DNA of 61,235 nucleotides, counting the filler, from Stramenopiles sp. TOSAG23-3 (taxonomy: Eukaryota), in NCBI GenBank assembly GCA_900128585.1. It is 6 parts of 6 records of this genome, joined end to end, with 100 filler letters (N's around TTAATTAATTAA, not from the genome) between each part and the next. Parts side by side here need not be neighbours in the genome. Positions count along the whole stretch, not along the records: positions 18,488 to 36,820 come from LT642429.1; 5 more parts are not named here. One strand, given 5' to 3'. Shown here one piece after another: positions 22,552 through 34,617 of this stretch. The notes below the pieces were generated by a model that saw only the letters and a program-made list of their open reading frames with translations, made no database searches and was not told the origin of the DNA. Made by a program: the position numbers and the translations under genes. Position 1 is the stretch's first letter. The number at the start of each line of letters is the position of its first letter.

Positions 22552-24309
22552 TTATGCAAGGTCGCTTAAATCAAGGGGTTCGTCCACCAGATCGCCCCCA
22601 AGGTCAAGGGGTTCGTCCAAGTCGATCGCTTCGTCTTCATCCGATTCCGTGAACCGTTCCGGCTCCCCGCCGTACTGAATGCCGCCTCCTCCGCCGTTTC
22701 CAGACGGGGGTACGGGCTGATAGGTCTGTGGGGGAGTTTGCGGCAAGCCTGCACCATACCCCCCACCACCAGCAGCAGCGACTTGGGGAAGGGAAATTTG
22801 CATTCTTTGGCACCTCCTCCTACTGCAAAAATACTCCATCATTTGTTTCATACCATCACCAGTCATGGGCACGCCTGCTTCCATGGCCTGCCTGGCAAAG
22901 TTTTCGACCGCATCTGCAGGATCCTGGTGCGGCCGGACCGTGAGCCTCCCCACACCCTCAATTTCCAGAGATATCGGTTCGCCCCCGGCAGCAGCAGTAG
23001 CAGCCCCCGCTGGCATCGAAAGCCCCATCCGTTCGCACTTCCGCCTACTGCAGAAATACTGCATCATTTGCTTCATTGCATCCCCCGTCATGGGGACGCC
23101 CGCTTCCAGCGCCTGCCTAGTGAACTCTTCGACCACATCGGCGGGGTCTTGGTTCGGGTTTACAGTAACCTGGCCGACCCCCTCAATGTTCATGGTTACT
23201 GGTTGGGCAACCTGAGGCATGGCGATTTGCATCCTTGCACACGGCCGCCGGGAGCAGAAGTACTGCATCATCTGCTTCATCCCTTCCCCCGAAATAGGAA
23301 AACCGGCCTTGATCGCCTGCGCGGCGAACGCCTCGACAACATCTGCTGGGTCCTGGCGCGGCCCACACATAACGCTCCCCACCCCATCAACTTTTAGCTT
23401 AAGGGGTGGTGGAAGCGTCGGTACCTGGATTTGCATCCGACGGCAGGGGCGCTTGGAGCAGAAATACTCCATCATTTGCTTCATCCCCTCCCCCCCCATC
23501 TCCACACCAGCCTGGAGTGCTTGCGTCGCGAACGCTTCGATCACGTCCGCGGGGTCTTGGAGGGGGGCGACAGTGACAGAGCCTACCCCGGTGACGTTCA
23601 AGGTCATTGCATCGGGGAGCTTTGGAACGTTCAACTCTTTGCGAATGCAACGCCTTCGGCTGCAAAAGTATTCCATCATTTGCTTCATCCCTTCCCCGTC
23701 CATTTCGATTCCAGCGGTGATCGCCTGGTTCGCGAAATTTTCGACAGCGTCTGCTGGGTCTTGCCACGGGTTGACCGTCAGGGCACCGATGTCCTGCAGC
23801 TCGAGCCTAATCGGCGGGGCAATGTTCCGAAGGCAAGGAACACGTTCGCAGAAGTACTGGATCATCTGGTTCATCGACTGGCTGTCAACGGGGACTTGCG
23901 ACGCGGAGAGGCGCTGGGAAAATTCTTCTACCAGGCTCGCGGGTTCCCGCCACGGGGGGCACCGAAGCTTCCCGACGTCCATCGCCAGCTCTACCGTTTG
24001 GTTGAGCAGAGGCTTCTTGCACGCGCGCCGTGTGCAAAAGTAACTGTAGAACGTCTCCATGTTCTCCGTGTTCATCGGCACTCCGATCTCTGCCGCTTGG
24101 CGAGAAAAGGCAAGGACTACGTCGGCCGGTTCTTGGTTTGGTCTGCACACGACGCTACCAACTCCTTCCACTTTGAGCTCAATGTCCCCGGTTTCCTGCG
24201 GAGGGGACGGTGCGCTCGCAGCCTCTCCATCACCACTATCTGCTTGCGCATTTGCAATGCCCAGCAGAGCTAGGGCGAGCAGGGCAACCTTGAACGGACG
24301 GGTCACCAT
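22552..24309 (-). CDS. Secreted protein with seven tandem ~65-75 aa Cys-containing repeats
   Basis: Signal peptide; repeat consensus GVG.VTV.P.QDPADVVE.F..QA..AG..M.GEGMKQMM.YFCSRR.C. Confidence 0.9.
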   Translation of the reverse strand: MVTRPFKVALLALALLGIANAQADSGDGEAASAPSPPQETGDIELKVEGVGSVVCRPNQEPADVVLAFSRQAAEIGVPMNTENMETFYSYFCTRRACKKPLLNQTVELAMDVGKLRCPPWREPASLVEEFSQRLSASQVPVDSQSMNQMIQYFCERVPCLRNIAPPIRLELQDIGALTVNPWQDPADAVENFANQAITAGIEMDGEGMKQMMEYFCSRRRCIRKELNVPKLPDAMTLNVTGVGSVTVAPLQDPADVIEAFATQALQAGVEMGGEGMKQMMEYFCSKRPCRRMQIQVPTLPPPLKLKVDGVGSVMCGPRQDPADVVEAFAAQAIKAGFPISGEGMKQMMQYFCSRRPCARMQIAMPQVAQPVTMNIEGVGQVTVNPNQDPADVVEEFTRQALEAGVPMTGDAMKQMMQYFCSRRKCERMGLSMPAGAATAAAGGEPISLEIEGVGRLTVRPHQDPADAVENFARQAMEAGVPMTGDGMKQMMEYFCSRRRCQRMQISLPQVAAAGGGGYGAGLPQTPPQTYQPVPPSGNGGGGGIQYGGEPERFTESDEDEAIDLDEPLDLGGDLVDEPLDLSDLA

Positions 24310-25438
24310 GATTGAATACTATTTGTTTCGTTCCAACGCCGTCTTCCTCGGTGTACGGCTCACGACACTGTGCACAGCACTACCACACTTTCTTCTTCTT
24401 CGTGCACTAACTAAACGAACAAACGAACGAAACAAGACGAACCAATGGAAAATTATTAAATTTCACGTGAGAAATAAGTATTGATGCAAAAGCAAAAACG
24501 TGCATTATCATTGTATTCGTTTTTCTGAGAAAAGGGATTTGCCATAGAAGGTAGAAGTGGCGATGTTTCGTTGTTGCCATTGGTTGGCGCGTTGTATTAA
24601 TAAATACCGCGGTGTTATTCTCGTCTATTTCGATTATTATTATTATTATTGAGATCTTAAAATTAAGTGAGAGAGAAGAAGAAGAAGAAGAGGGGAAGAG
24701 AGAAGAGAAGAAGAAGGAAGAAGAAAGAGAAGTAGAAGAAGAAGAAAAGAAGAGATTTCAATTTTTTTTCATTCTTCTTCTATCTTCTTTACGTCCTCGT
24801 CGTCTTTCACATATATAGGAAGAATAGTATATAATTTCTTTATTATAAGTACAATTTAAAGTGGATTCAATCCAATCCCACTCAAATATCATACTAAAAA
24901 TAAAAATAAAAAACGCACGAGGGAGGAGGACTGGAGGATGGACTCTTTCTTTTGCTTATCATAGCTGTACGAGGAGTATTTGTAGAACGAGAATGGAAGT
25001 ATTAAACTGTACTTGTACCGGTATTAATCGTAGTCTTTCTATAGTATAGAATAAAAATAATAAATTAATTAAATTTCTCATTACAACAGTATAGTACTGT
25101 ATAGTTTAAATAGTATTATTATTTTATTTATAGATGATATTGAAAGAAAGAGTATTTATTGGTATTCATTTATAGGGATTAGTATAAATAAGTACATCCA
25201 ATTGGGGATTGATTTGATTGGTTGTTGGAATTTTATTATTTTTTAGTTAGATTAGAGACTCAGACGCTCAGACGACTACTATCTTCTTCTTCCTTCTAAA
25301 TAACAGGAATACAGTATAGTATAAAAAAGAAGAGTTTGATTCAATCTTCTTTTTTTTTTTCTTAGTTATAATATTTTTTGGATCTTTTCTTTCATTAGTG
25401 TTAGAATTAAGGTAATTGTATTTAGAGGAGAGTCTACC

Positions 25439-26848
25439 CTACCCCTTCAGGAGCACGGACAGGGATCCTGTTTTCCCGTCCTTGCTGGTACTTTGGATAC
25501 CCTTCACAATGTCGACGTAAGTCATCAGGTCTCCCCGTCCCTTCTTAATTTCGACGTAAAACATCGATGGCGACTCCCCCATGCGTTGAATGGAAATGGA
25601 AATCTTGACCGCGCCGCGGCCTCCCAAGAACGTAGCTACAATGTAATAGTCAACGGTCGAAGCGAAGGTAACTTGATGGGAGATATCCTGGCCGACGCTC
25701 CGGCACTTGGCCTCGATGTCTCTCTTCACCGTCGCCAGGGGCTTCCCGGTGAGGTAGACGGTTGTCCGCTTCACGTGCATCTTGTGCTCTTTGGACATAA
25801 AGATACGGTTGAGGCCGGTGTGCGTCAAGTTGGAGACGATATCGAAGATCGTCAAGTCCGCCAGGACGCCCTTGTGGTCGACTGCGTCGCTGCCGTCCTC
25901 GTCGAAGTTCTCGCTTTCCCCCGTGCTACTCAGCGCTTTCACGGCCAGCTTGAGGTCGTAATCGCTCGGGCTGATATTCTGGGCCGTGGCCTTCCCATCT
26001 CCATCGACAGTGCCTCCGGTCGCGTCCATGCCCTTCAGCCAGGCGTGCTTCAGGGCCTCATCGAGCGATATGCGCTTCTTCGGATCGGCTTGAAGCAATT
26101 TTTCGATCAGGTCCTTCGCGTCCCCGACCACCCAGGTCGGGTACTCGAAGTCGGCCTTCGCGATGCGTTTGAAGAGGAGCGACATGGTCGGCTCGTCGAA
26201 GGGGAGGTAGCCCGCGAGCAGGACGAACAAAATGACGCCGCAGGACCACGTGTCCGCCGCTTTGCCATCGTAGCCCTTGTCGGCCAGCACCTCCGGGGCG
26301 ACGTAGTTCGGCGTCCCACACGTGGTGTGCAGCAACTCCTTCATCCCCCCCTCGAGCTCATCCGCCCCGGCAAGGTTCATCGCCGATAGGCCAAAATCGG
26401 AAATCTTCAAGATCCCGTTCGAGTCCAGGAGCAGATTCTCCGGCTTAAGGTCGCGGTGGGCCACCCCTTGCCCGTGACAGTACAGGACACCGCTGCACAA
26501 CTGGTGAAAGTACTTTCTGGACCGCTCCTCGGAAAACCTACCGGCTTCTACAATTTCATCGAACAGCTCCCCACCAGTGACCAACTCCAACACAATAAAT
26601 ATTTTCGAACGGCTGGCCAACACCTCCACCAAGTTGACCACGTTCGGGTGGTTCACCAGCTTCATGATCGAGATCTCTTTCTTTATTTGGGACCCCATGT
26701 TTTGCTGCTGCAACTTCACCTTGGACAAAACTTTCACAGCAACTTTATTCCCCGTCTCTACATCGGTCCCTAACTGGACTTTTCCAAAGGTCCCCTCCCC
26801 CAACACTTTCCCGAGCTCATACTTTCCGACGGTCTTACTTTTCGGCAT
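25439..26848 (-). CDS. CIPK/SnRK3-like Ser/Thr protein kinase (CAMK group)
   Basis: [19 protein letters not shown] and [17 protein letters not shown] motifs; C-terminal LTIFDIVS resembles a divergent NAF/FISL motif. Confidence 0.93.
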   Translation of the reverse strand: MPKSKTVGKYELGKVLGEGTFGKVQLGTDVETGNKVAVKVLSKVKLQQQNMGSQIKKEISIMKLVNHPNVVNLVEVLASRSKIFIVLELVTGGELFDEIVEAGRFSEERSRKYFHQLCSGVLYCHGQGVAHRDLKPENLLLDSNGILKISDFGLSAMNLAGADELEGGMKELLHTTCGTPNYVAPEVLADKGYDGKAADTWSCGVILFVLLAGYLPFDEPTMSLLFKRIAKADFEYPTWVVGDAKDLIEKLLQADPKKRISLDEALKHAWLKGMDATGGTVDGDGKATAQNISPSDYDLKLAVKALSSTGESENFDEDGSDAVDHKGVLADLTIFDIVSNLTHTGLNRIFMSKEHKMHVKRTTVYLTGKPLATVKRDIEAKCRSVGQDISHQVTFASTVDYYIVATFLGGRGAVKISISIQRMGESPSMFYVEIKKGRGDLMTYVDIVKGIQSTSKDGKTGSLSVLLKG

Positions 26849-27859
26849 TCTCGGTGCGTTCGAGTGGTGCTCTGCAACAACGTAACGCGTAAGAAGAAGA
26901 AGGAGAGCAAAACCACGTTCGTGCGTTCCTTTTATATGTTAACTGTTTCAATACAAAAAGGACGATAAAACATGTGCTTCGAATGGAATCGAAATGAATT
27001 CATTTGTGCATATGAAGTAGAAGACATTAAAACAAAATTATTATTACTACTGTAATAATTATTATTTGGATTGAAGAAGAAGAAGAAGAAGAAAGAAAGA
27101 GAAAGAAGAATAAAAAACGAAGGAGGAAGAAAAAAGAAGACAGAAGAAGAAGAAGAAAAAAAAGAAGGAAGAGGAAGAAGAAGAGAAGAAGACCAGACTC
27201 TCGAGGGAACAATGTGACATATTAAGTATAATAGTTGTAATCTATGGTCATATATATCCTATGTATAACATATTAAATACTACACAGTATATAAAAAATG
27301 AACCTCCATCTCTCTACCACATTGATCGATCTTCTGATGAACTAACTTTTTAACTCCTCGATCTTCCAGTTTAAATTACAACTTATTATAATTATTTTAG
27401 ATTGTACTCTAAGTAAGCCCCTAATAATTTTAAGATAGTAGTCTTCTCTACGTAGAAGATAGATTCTATACTGAATGCTATTCGATGTTACTAAAACTGT
27501 GACTTTACTACTTTTTTCAGTTAGTTCAATATTTTATTTAGATCGACCTGTGGAGAAAGAACACTATTAAATGAATACGAATAGTACTAATAATAACCTG
27601 TGGAGGGAAGGAGGGAGGGAGGGAGAAGAGGAGAACCGACCCTGTCTGTGGTGGAGACGGGGGACCGACCGACCTCTTCTGTTCCTAAGTGGTCCTGTGG
27701 TGGAGCGACCACCAATACGATAATTAAATAATAATAAAGAGACAGGTAAAAGACAATGAGCGAATAATTTAAAAATTATTATTTAGACTAGTTATCCTCT
27801 ATCTATCCAACTAATCCCCTCCTACTACTATAATAATAATACTACAATGGAAGTCGTTC

Positions 27860-27938
27860 TATGATGTCACATATAGAGATACCTCCCCTTCCTTTCATTT
27901 CTGATTCTATTCTCATTCTATTTAATTCTACAGCCCTT
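27860..27938 (+). repeat. 79-bp sequence identical to the reverse complement of 36742-36820
   Basis: Direct base-by-base comparison; both copies end at N gaps. Confidence 0.9.
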
Positions 27939-27975
27939 NNNNNNNNNNNNNNNNNNNNNNNNNNNNNNNNNNNNN

Positions 27976-28050
<75 letters not shown>
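27976..28050. repeat. (TTTC)n microsatellite
   Basis: Tandem TTTC at a contig edge. Confidence 0.95.
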
Positions 28051-28503
28051 AAATATAAATTGATACTGTAAGATATTCTTCTTTTCCTTCTTCATTTCTT
28101 CTTCTTCATCGATCTGTTTCTCTTGTTTTGTTTGTTGTGGTACGTTGAGTTGTTGTTGTTAAATAAAAAATAATAAAAAAAAGAGAGAAATAAATATATT
28201 AATATTATTATTATAAATAAAAATAATAATAGAAGAAAGCGAGAAAGAAGATTACTAAAAAAATAATCATTCAAGTTTACTACAGAGGAGATGGAGAAAA
28301 CGAATATGTGTTTTATAGAGAAAGTAACGAAAAGAAAGAAGAGAACGAAAACAAAACCAAAATAAAAATTAAGATTCTTAAGACACCAACCAGACCATTG
28401 CTGTGTATATTTTTCCTCCAGTCAATTATAAAAAAGAAGAACTAGACTCGGTTGCCTTGCCTGCCTGCCTGCCTCCCTTCCACTCCAAAAGTTTATAGGC
28501 AAC

Positions 28504-30762
28504 ATGACGACTATGCTTAGTGGGGCCAAGATATCCACTGCGGTGCACAAAGCGACGGACGACTCCATGCAACCAGTACCAGGGTACATGTTTCAGGAAA
28601 TCATCAACACAACCCATGCGAATCCGTCCAGCTGCGACGCCTTCGAAAGGGTCATTTTTGCCCGTTTGAGGAAGAGCCAGCCAAATATCAAGTGGAAGTG
28701 CCTTATGGTGATAAAGCACGTCACCCCGAAAGCGAACCAGAGCTTCAAAAGGTGCATGCAGGACCACGTCGGCGACATAAAGGCCTGCCTGCAGTTCCGC
28801 GGCCCGCCGCACCCGACGTACGGGGATTCGCTATACAAACGGGTCCGCGAAGAAGCGAAGAGCGCGCTAGAGTCGATATTCCAGGACGCCCCGCGGCAGT
28901 CGAACCCCAGGGCCAACCTGCAGGGGCGCATACAGGGCATCGGCGGCGGCTCGGGGGGGTCGAACGGCGCACCGCGCTTTGGAAGCAACATTTCGTCCAA
29001 CGCCCAGGCTGCGCTCGCGGCAAACATGTCGAACGCGTCGACCAGAGGCCACTCGGGTGGCCGTCAAGGAACGTCTAGCATGGGCAACGTAGGGTCTGCG
29101 AACGCCGCGATTGCTTACGGGGGGATGAACGGAAGGAAGATGCAAGGGTTTGGGAACCCAAACTTCAACAACGAGCCCAAGAAGGAGTCCTACTTCGACA
29201 AGATGAAAGAAAAGGCGCTCAACAAGGCGAAGGAGCTGGCCACGGGGCAGAAGGCCCCAGGGCCAAAGTTTGCAAACGGGGGGAACCCGGCGTGGATGAA
29301 CAACGCGACGGGCGCGGCCACGTACAACTACGCGAACAACAGAGGGGCGGGAAGCGCGGCCGTCGGCTCCGGCGGGGGCTACAGCGGCCCCAACCGCCCC
29401 GCGGTTGTGGTGGTAGGGCGCGACGCTTTGAACTCTCCCGGGGGGGCGAGAGGGAGGAGCGCTAGCTTTGAGAGAAAGAAGGGGCAGGTCGGCGGGGTGT
29501 GGGGCAACCAAAGCTCGAACGTTACGTCGTTTGGAACTTCTGGAGCATCGACGACCTCGTTCGACCGCCGCGATAGCGCCCGGTCGGGCAACGCCGGGCT
29601 GGCCTCCAAAGACGGCGTTTACGAGCAGACGTTAGTGGATAGTATTTGTAGCTCTGGTGGCCTCCGCCCGGTCCCTAACGCCAAGGAAGTCGGCGCATTT
29701 GTAAACCGTTGCAAAAATTTGGATGCAACCATAGTTGGAGGGTTGATAGTGGCCAAATTGGACGTAGAAGACTGGAAAGTCAACCTGAAAGCGCTGGTCA
29801 TTATGGAGGCCATGGCGAATGACCCGTCGTTTGCGAAGTATGCCGACTTCTTCTACGACGAGAAGGAGGCGCTCGAAGATTTGTTGGAAGACACGAACCA
29901 AGCGCAGGTTCGCAACCGTTGCAAGAGGGTCTTGAAAGGCCTTGGGGTCGAAGGGTACGAGAATGCGACGGACGATGCAACCAAAAGGAAGAAAGCAGTA
30001 GGACGCGTGCCCATGCCAGTCCAGGCCGTGCAGCCCAATTTACTAGACGTGGGGGCTGGCGCCCCGGCCGCGCCGCAGACCGCACCCGAGGATTTGTTGG
30101 CCGGTTTGACGATGGTAACCCCCGCGGCGCCGGAAGCTGCCGCGCCAGAGGGGGGGACAGGGTTCGATTTTCTCCAAACCCCAGCACCGAAACCGTCCCC
30201 CCAGCCGGCGCCCGCCACGGCAGACTCTGCCTTCAGTTTCCTTGACGCGGCCCCTTCATCCTCCCCGAGCGGTTTGGGGAACGGCATGGACGATTTGCTG
30301 AAACCCATGAGCTCTGCCCCCGCTTCCACGAAGCCCGCAGCCCCCGTAGTCGCTGCGGACCCATTCGCGGATTTAATGGGCGCTTCGCAAAAGCCAGCAA
30401 TCATGGCTGCGGCCGCCCCGACAACGTCCGGCTTCAACTTTTTGAGCAGCACACCGGCCACTGCCGCCCCAAATGCGGCAACCCCAGCCCCGGCGGCCGG
30501 CGGGATGGCCCAAATTCAACAGGCACAGCAAATGTTTCAGATGCAGCAGCATATTAAAATGCAGCAAATGCAGATGATGGCGATGCAGCAGAAAATGCGC
30601 GGGAAACCCATGGCAAACAACAGCATGATGACTGGGGTTCGAGCTGCAGGCTCGGTCAAAACGATGGCACAGGACATGTTCAAGCAGCAGGCAGAGGAAG
30701 ACAAGAAGAAGAAGCAGGCTGCTGCGTTTAGTTTCGTGAACGATGCCTTGAACCAGAGTTAG
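28504..30762 (+). CDS. TEPSIN: Tepsin-like AP-4 accessory protein (ENTH plus VHS-like domains)
   Basis: KATDDSMQPVPGYMFQEI, IKWKCLMVIKH and FRGPPHPTYGDSLYKRVREEAK, plus a second domain YEQTLVDSICSSGGLRPVP, are characteristic of tepsin. Confidence 0.85.
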   Translation: MTTMLSGAKISTAVHKATDDSMQPVPGYMFQEIINTTHANPSSCDAFERVIFARLRKSQPNIKWKCLMVIKHVTPKANQSFKRCMQDHVGDIKACLQFRGPPHPTYGDSLYKRVREEAKSALESIFQDAPRQSNPRANLQGRIQGIGGGSGGSNGAPRFGSNISSNAQAALAANMSNASTRGHSGGRQGTSSMGNVGSANAAIAYGGMNGRKMQGFGNPNFNNEPKKESYFDKMKEKALNKAKELATGQKAPGPKFANGGNPAWMNNATGAATYNYANNRGAGSAAVGSGGGYSGPNRPAVVVVGRDALNSPGGARGRSASFERKKGQVGGVWGNQSSNVTSFGTSGASTTSFDRRDSARSGNAGLASKDGVYEQTLVDSICSSGGLRPVPNAKEVGAFVNRCKNLDATIVGGLIVAKLDVEDWKVNLKALVIMEAMANDPSFAKYADFFYDEKEALEDLLEDTNQAQVRNRCKRVLKGLGVEGYENATDDATKRKKAVGRVPMPVQAVQPNLLDVGAGAPAAPQTAPEDLLAGLTMVTPAAPEAAAPEGGTGFDFLQTPAPKPSPQPAPATADSAFSFLDAAPSSSPSGLGNGMDDLLKPMSSAPASTKPAAPVVAADPFADLMGASQKPAIMAAAAPTTSGFNFLSSTPATAAPNAATPAPAAGGMAQIQQAQQMFQMQQHIKMQQMQMMAMQQKMRGKPMANNSMMTGVRAAGSVKTMAQDMFKQQAEEDKKKKQAAAFSFVNDALNQS

Positions 30763-31010
30763 GCGCGGAAGCCTCCTCCGAAGATTTCACAGAACATAGT
30801 ACACGAAGTACGTAAAATATATTTAAAAAAACAAACTCTACAGTGACCCCCTTGCATAAACGGGCGTAAAATATAAGAGAGAAACCATGCTTGCATCCGC
30901 AATTCTGAAAAGCAAAGGTACGTACGTGGTACGAAAGCGATAAGTTTAGATGTCGTAATGTTATGTACTCGTATGCCTTTTTTTTATGTACACGTGCTCT
31001 CCGCAAGCTC

Positions 31011-31502
31011 TCAGTCTTCGGCCCCTTCCTCCTCTTCGACAAAGTCGTTTATCTCTTCGTAGCACCGGCTGATGCCTGCGTTGAACTGTTTGCTTCTCTT
31101 CTTCTTATACATCCTTTTTGGTTGCCTTCGTCCCATTAATGGTATGGCCCTATTTCTCGCCGTGGCCAAGGCGTTCAGCAGCCCCTTCCTATCCCTTGGC
31201 TGTGCGTTCAGTTTCAGCAACTGAAGCTTCAAGCTTTCTTTGTTATTCGTGTGCGCCGCCATTTCTCTCGGGTCTGGCAAGACTATATTTGTCGTAGTGA
31301 GTACTCGGTCCGCCATGACTTGGAAAGAGTTCAAAGCTTCTTTCCAGGAAAGATTCCTCTTCCTGTTCTGCGTATCAATACATTTGTGCAGCCGTTTCGT
31401 TTGGTCTTCAACTTGTCGAAGGACATCCTTTGCCAACTCGTTCCGAGGCATTCTGAGTTGAAGGCACCGCTCCCCCCTTTTCAATAATGAAACAGCGCTC
31501 AA
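31011..31502 (-). CDS. Small hypothetical basic protein (first ATG gives MPRNELAK…)
   Basis: 163-codon ORF with coding-like composition; no recognised domain. Confidence 0.5.
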   Translation of the reverse strand: MSAVSLLKRGERCLQLRMPRNELAKDVLRQVEDQTKRLHKCIDTQNRKRNLSWKEALNSFQVMADRVLTTTNIVLPDPREMAAHTNNKESLKLQLLKLNAQPRDRKGLLNALATARNRAIPLMGRRQPKRMYKKKRSKQFNAGISRCYEEINDFVEEEEGAED

Positions 31503-32026
31503 GAAAGATAGCTAGCTCTGGAATATTGTGGTACCTAAATGTCACACAGAATAATTCGTTTTTTTATTTTTGTTAATTCCAAATATGAATTAACAAATGC
31601 ACATAAATATTGATGGGTTTAAATGTTACATGACTTCCCTTACTTTACTTTCACGTCACAATTACGAGTGTAAATGTGGTGTGTAGTATGTGTGGTGGGG
31701 TCGACAACGAACAACCACTTAGAGGTTAGAGGAGGAGGAGACTTGTTTTCTGCAGGTCCGTACGTACGTACGTACTAATTATATATTGTCACTTTATAAA
31801 AACTAAACCAATATTATTATTATGATAAATAATAAATATTATTATTACTCCTCTTCTCTCTCTATAATAATTGTAAATTTTTATTTGTTTCTCTCTTCTT
31901 CTCTCTTCTTCAGTTGTTGTCTGTGTTATTTTTTATAATAATATATTTTATTTATTATTTTTTTTGATAACGCACGGCGGTAATGTACGAGCTCGAAGTA
32001 TTTATTTTATAATTGGTATCTTGATT

Positions 32027-34034
32027 TCACGAAAAGGAATATGGTGCGACATTACTCGTCATTCGACTCCAGCCAATTAAAATCCCACTGACTTTCTCGT
32101 TTGACAGCAATAATCGCACGGCTTGTAGAACGCTTCCGAAGTATCGAACTACGTTCCAATGCATGTGTTTGTCGTGTGCCATGAAAATGGGATGGAGATC
32201 GTCCGGGATATGCTCGCCTAAAAACTTTATGAACGCGATCGTTTCTACTTGAGTGTACGGTTGAAAAAATTCAGTAACATCACCAAACCTAACGGTTAGC
32301 TTAGACCGCTTTCTACTGAGACCTTTCGACATTTGGTAGTCCCCACTTGCCCCATGAGAGTACCGTTCGTATGCGCGCATTGAGCATGCCCTGCAGGCCC
32401 CTACGCCAATCTGGCACTGAGACTTTATGTGAGGGCAGAGGAAGGTTAAGAGGGTTCTTTGTGAGGTGCGCCGAAGAATTGACATCAAATCGTCGTGGTC
32501 TTTAACGGGGGAACTGTTCGGAACCTGTTCACAGCTGGCTCTGTTGGACAAGGTCGACGACACGTTGTCCAGCAGAAGCAGCCCACGGACGAGGGTCTCG
32601 TTCAATACGACTTTGCTAGATTTGTCCCATTTATCGACGGCTTGTTTGTACTCTGGGGATGTGTCTACGCTCCGGACGTGAACAAAGGCAGTCCTTCCAT
32701 GGCGTTGCTTCACCAACAGCTCGATGTAGTCGCCGAACTCGACCAACGGGGCTGAAATTACTTGGGGCTCCGCATATTTGCCTATCACCTCCGACCTGTG
32801 CCGATGCTCTTTGGGGTGAAACCCCATGGTTTCGGTATTATTCATTCTGCAGACTATGTATATGCTCGAGGTGCAGACGTATAAGTCATCGTCATTGTCT
32901 TTCATCGACCAGAGCAGGTTCAACACAGAAACTGTTTCTGCAACCAGCAGAGGAAACTCATGGCGCCCTGCTCTTCCAGATACGTTGTGAACAATGGCAT
33001 CGAAATCGTTCTTGTCGAGGCGCTTTGCAGGTAGCTGAGGGTTCCACATCTGCAGCCGCATTCTGTCTTTGCCCGATCTCTTGCCCATGCCACTTTTCTG
33101 CTCGTCATCTTTCTGGCACTTTATCAGTGCACCCCTAAAACGATTCCATGTCCACAGCTGTCCGGTATCGATGTCAACATCGTGGAACTGGATCTCTTTG
33201 CTACTTCTTGGCACGGGGGGGGTAGGGTTCCAATCACGCCACCTGTTTAGTGCTTTATAATTTTTCTTTGGGGACACTTGTCGTTCTTGCATGCTCACAA
33301 TCACATTCGCCCACTCTCGCCCTTCGCGTACGACCCCACTTTCTATGCGCCACTCTTTGCGAAGAGTCGGGCGTTCTGGCGGGACTGAGGGAACCATCTT
33401 TAGCGGGTGGGTCGGATTATCTTTCCCAGCGGGTTGTTCAACAGGAACTTCGTTGAAATTTTCATTGGACGACGGGTCCTCACTGTAGGGGGACGCAATC
33501 TGGTCTACTACTTGTTTGGCTTTTAGAACAACCGACGACCTTCTTGCCACATGATTGTAAGAATGCTTCTCCCTTTCCCCTCGAATTTTCCTGGCACTCT
33601 TTTTTTCTTCGTTTTTGTCGGCCATGTTGCGACTCAACATAATCATGCTTTGGATTCTATCCCAATGCTTTGAGTGAACGCTTCCATCGTCTAACAGCGA
33701 AGTCTTGGGCAACGGCGACTTCGGCGTCCCTATACTCTTCGGGGTGTCGACCGTGCTCAAATCATCTAACGTCAGTGATTTTTCGTTGCCGCTGCTTGTC
33801 AGGCTGTTCATTTTTGGCGTAGACATACCTACCGATTGGAACAAGGAAGATGTCAATTTTGGTTTTTCGGCCAAGTGAATATTCAGGGATTTCGCAAGGG
33901 CAATCACGCTACTCATACCACCAGTTACAAACGAATCCCTCAAGCAATCAATTTCTATTTCGTACTGAATATTCTGTTCATCAATAAATTTGTTGAACTC
34001 ATCCATGTTGATCGATTTATCAGAAGCGGCCATT
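32027..34034 (-). CDS. Hypothetical protein
   Basis: Long ORF (681 codons from TTG 34072; first ATG 34034); no recognised domain. Confidence 0.75.
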
Positions 34035-34317
34035 GCCTCGTATCGCACCGGTAAACAACGGCGACTAAACAAATGAAACGAATGAGATGCCCGTTTATCT
34101 ACGACAGCTTTTCCTGGAGCTTTAAAAATATTTAGTGCATTAATTAATATCGTTTTCTTTCCTTCGTTCGTCTAAATATTTTAATTGGTTTGATTCTCTA
34201 TCTTATAGATCATTTTCTTCAGATGCTGCTAAAAATAAAGAAGGAAGAAAAAAAGAAGAGAAAGAAGAAAGAAGAAGAAACGATTTTCTCTTATTATTAT
34301 TTTGGTTGATTTCTCTT

Positions 34318-34396
34318 CCGGTACCAGGTATTACCGGTACCTGGTAATACCAGGTACAGGTACCAGGTACAGGTACGGTACCTGTACCGTACTACA
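34318..34396. repeat. GGTACC/CAGGTAC-rich quasi-palindromic simple repeat
   Basis: Repeated ggtac/gtacc units; a similar tract lies at 41240-41315. Confidence 0.7.
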
Positions 34397-34617
34397 GGAG
34401 GAAGGAAGCAGAGAAAGACGTCGAAGTTTAAATTAAAAAAAGGACGGATATGAACACAGGAACAAAGAATGAGGGTGATTTTTAACTAATACAGGGAATT
34501 AGCAGAGAAGAATTGTGTTTTTCTTTATTTCACAAAAAAATGTTTTATTTTATTTTCACTGTCACTTAAATGACAGCCAATTTTCTTTTGTATTACAAGT
34601 ACAAAAATACATTGAAT

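Noticed and set aside
22750-24180. Regularly spaced DNA repeats superficially like a CRISPR array
   Set aside because: They are in-frame protein repeats of about 200 bp within a CDS; no cas genes; eukaryotic context.
25493-26389. Long antisense ORFs opposite real genes (e.g. 25493-26389, 16567-17370, 47240-48004, 55362-56450, 23219-24043)
   Set aside because: Shadow ORFs expected from GC-rich codon usage; the opposite strand holds the recognisable proteins.
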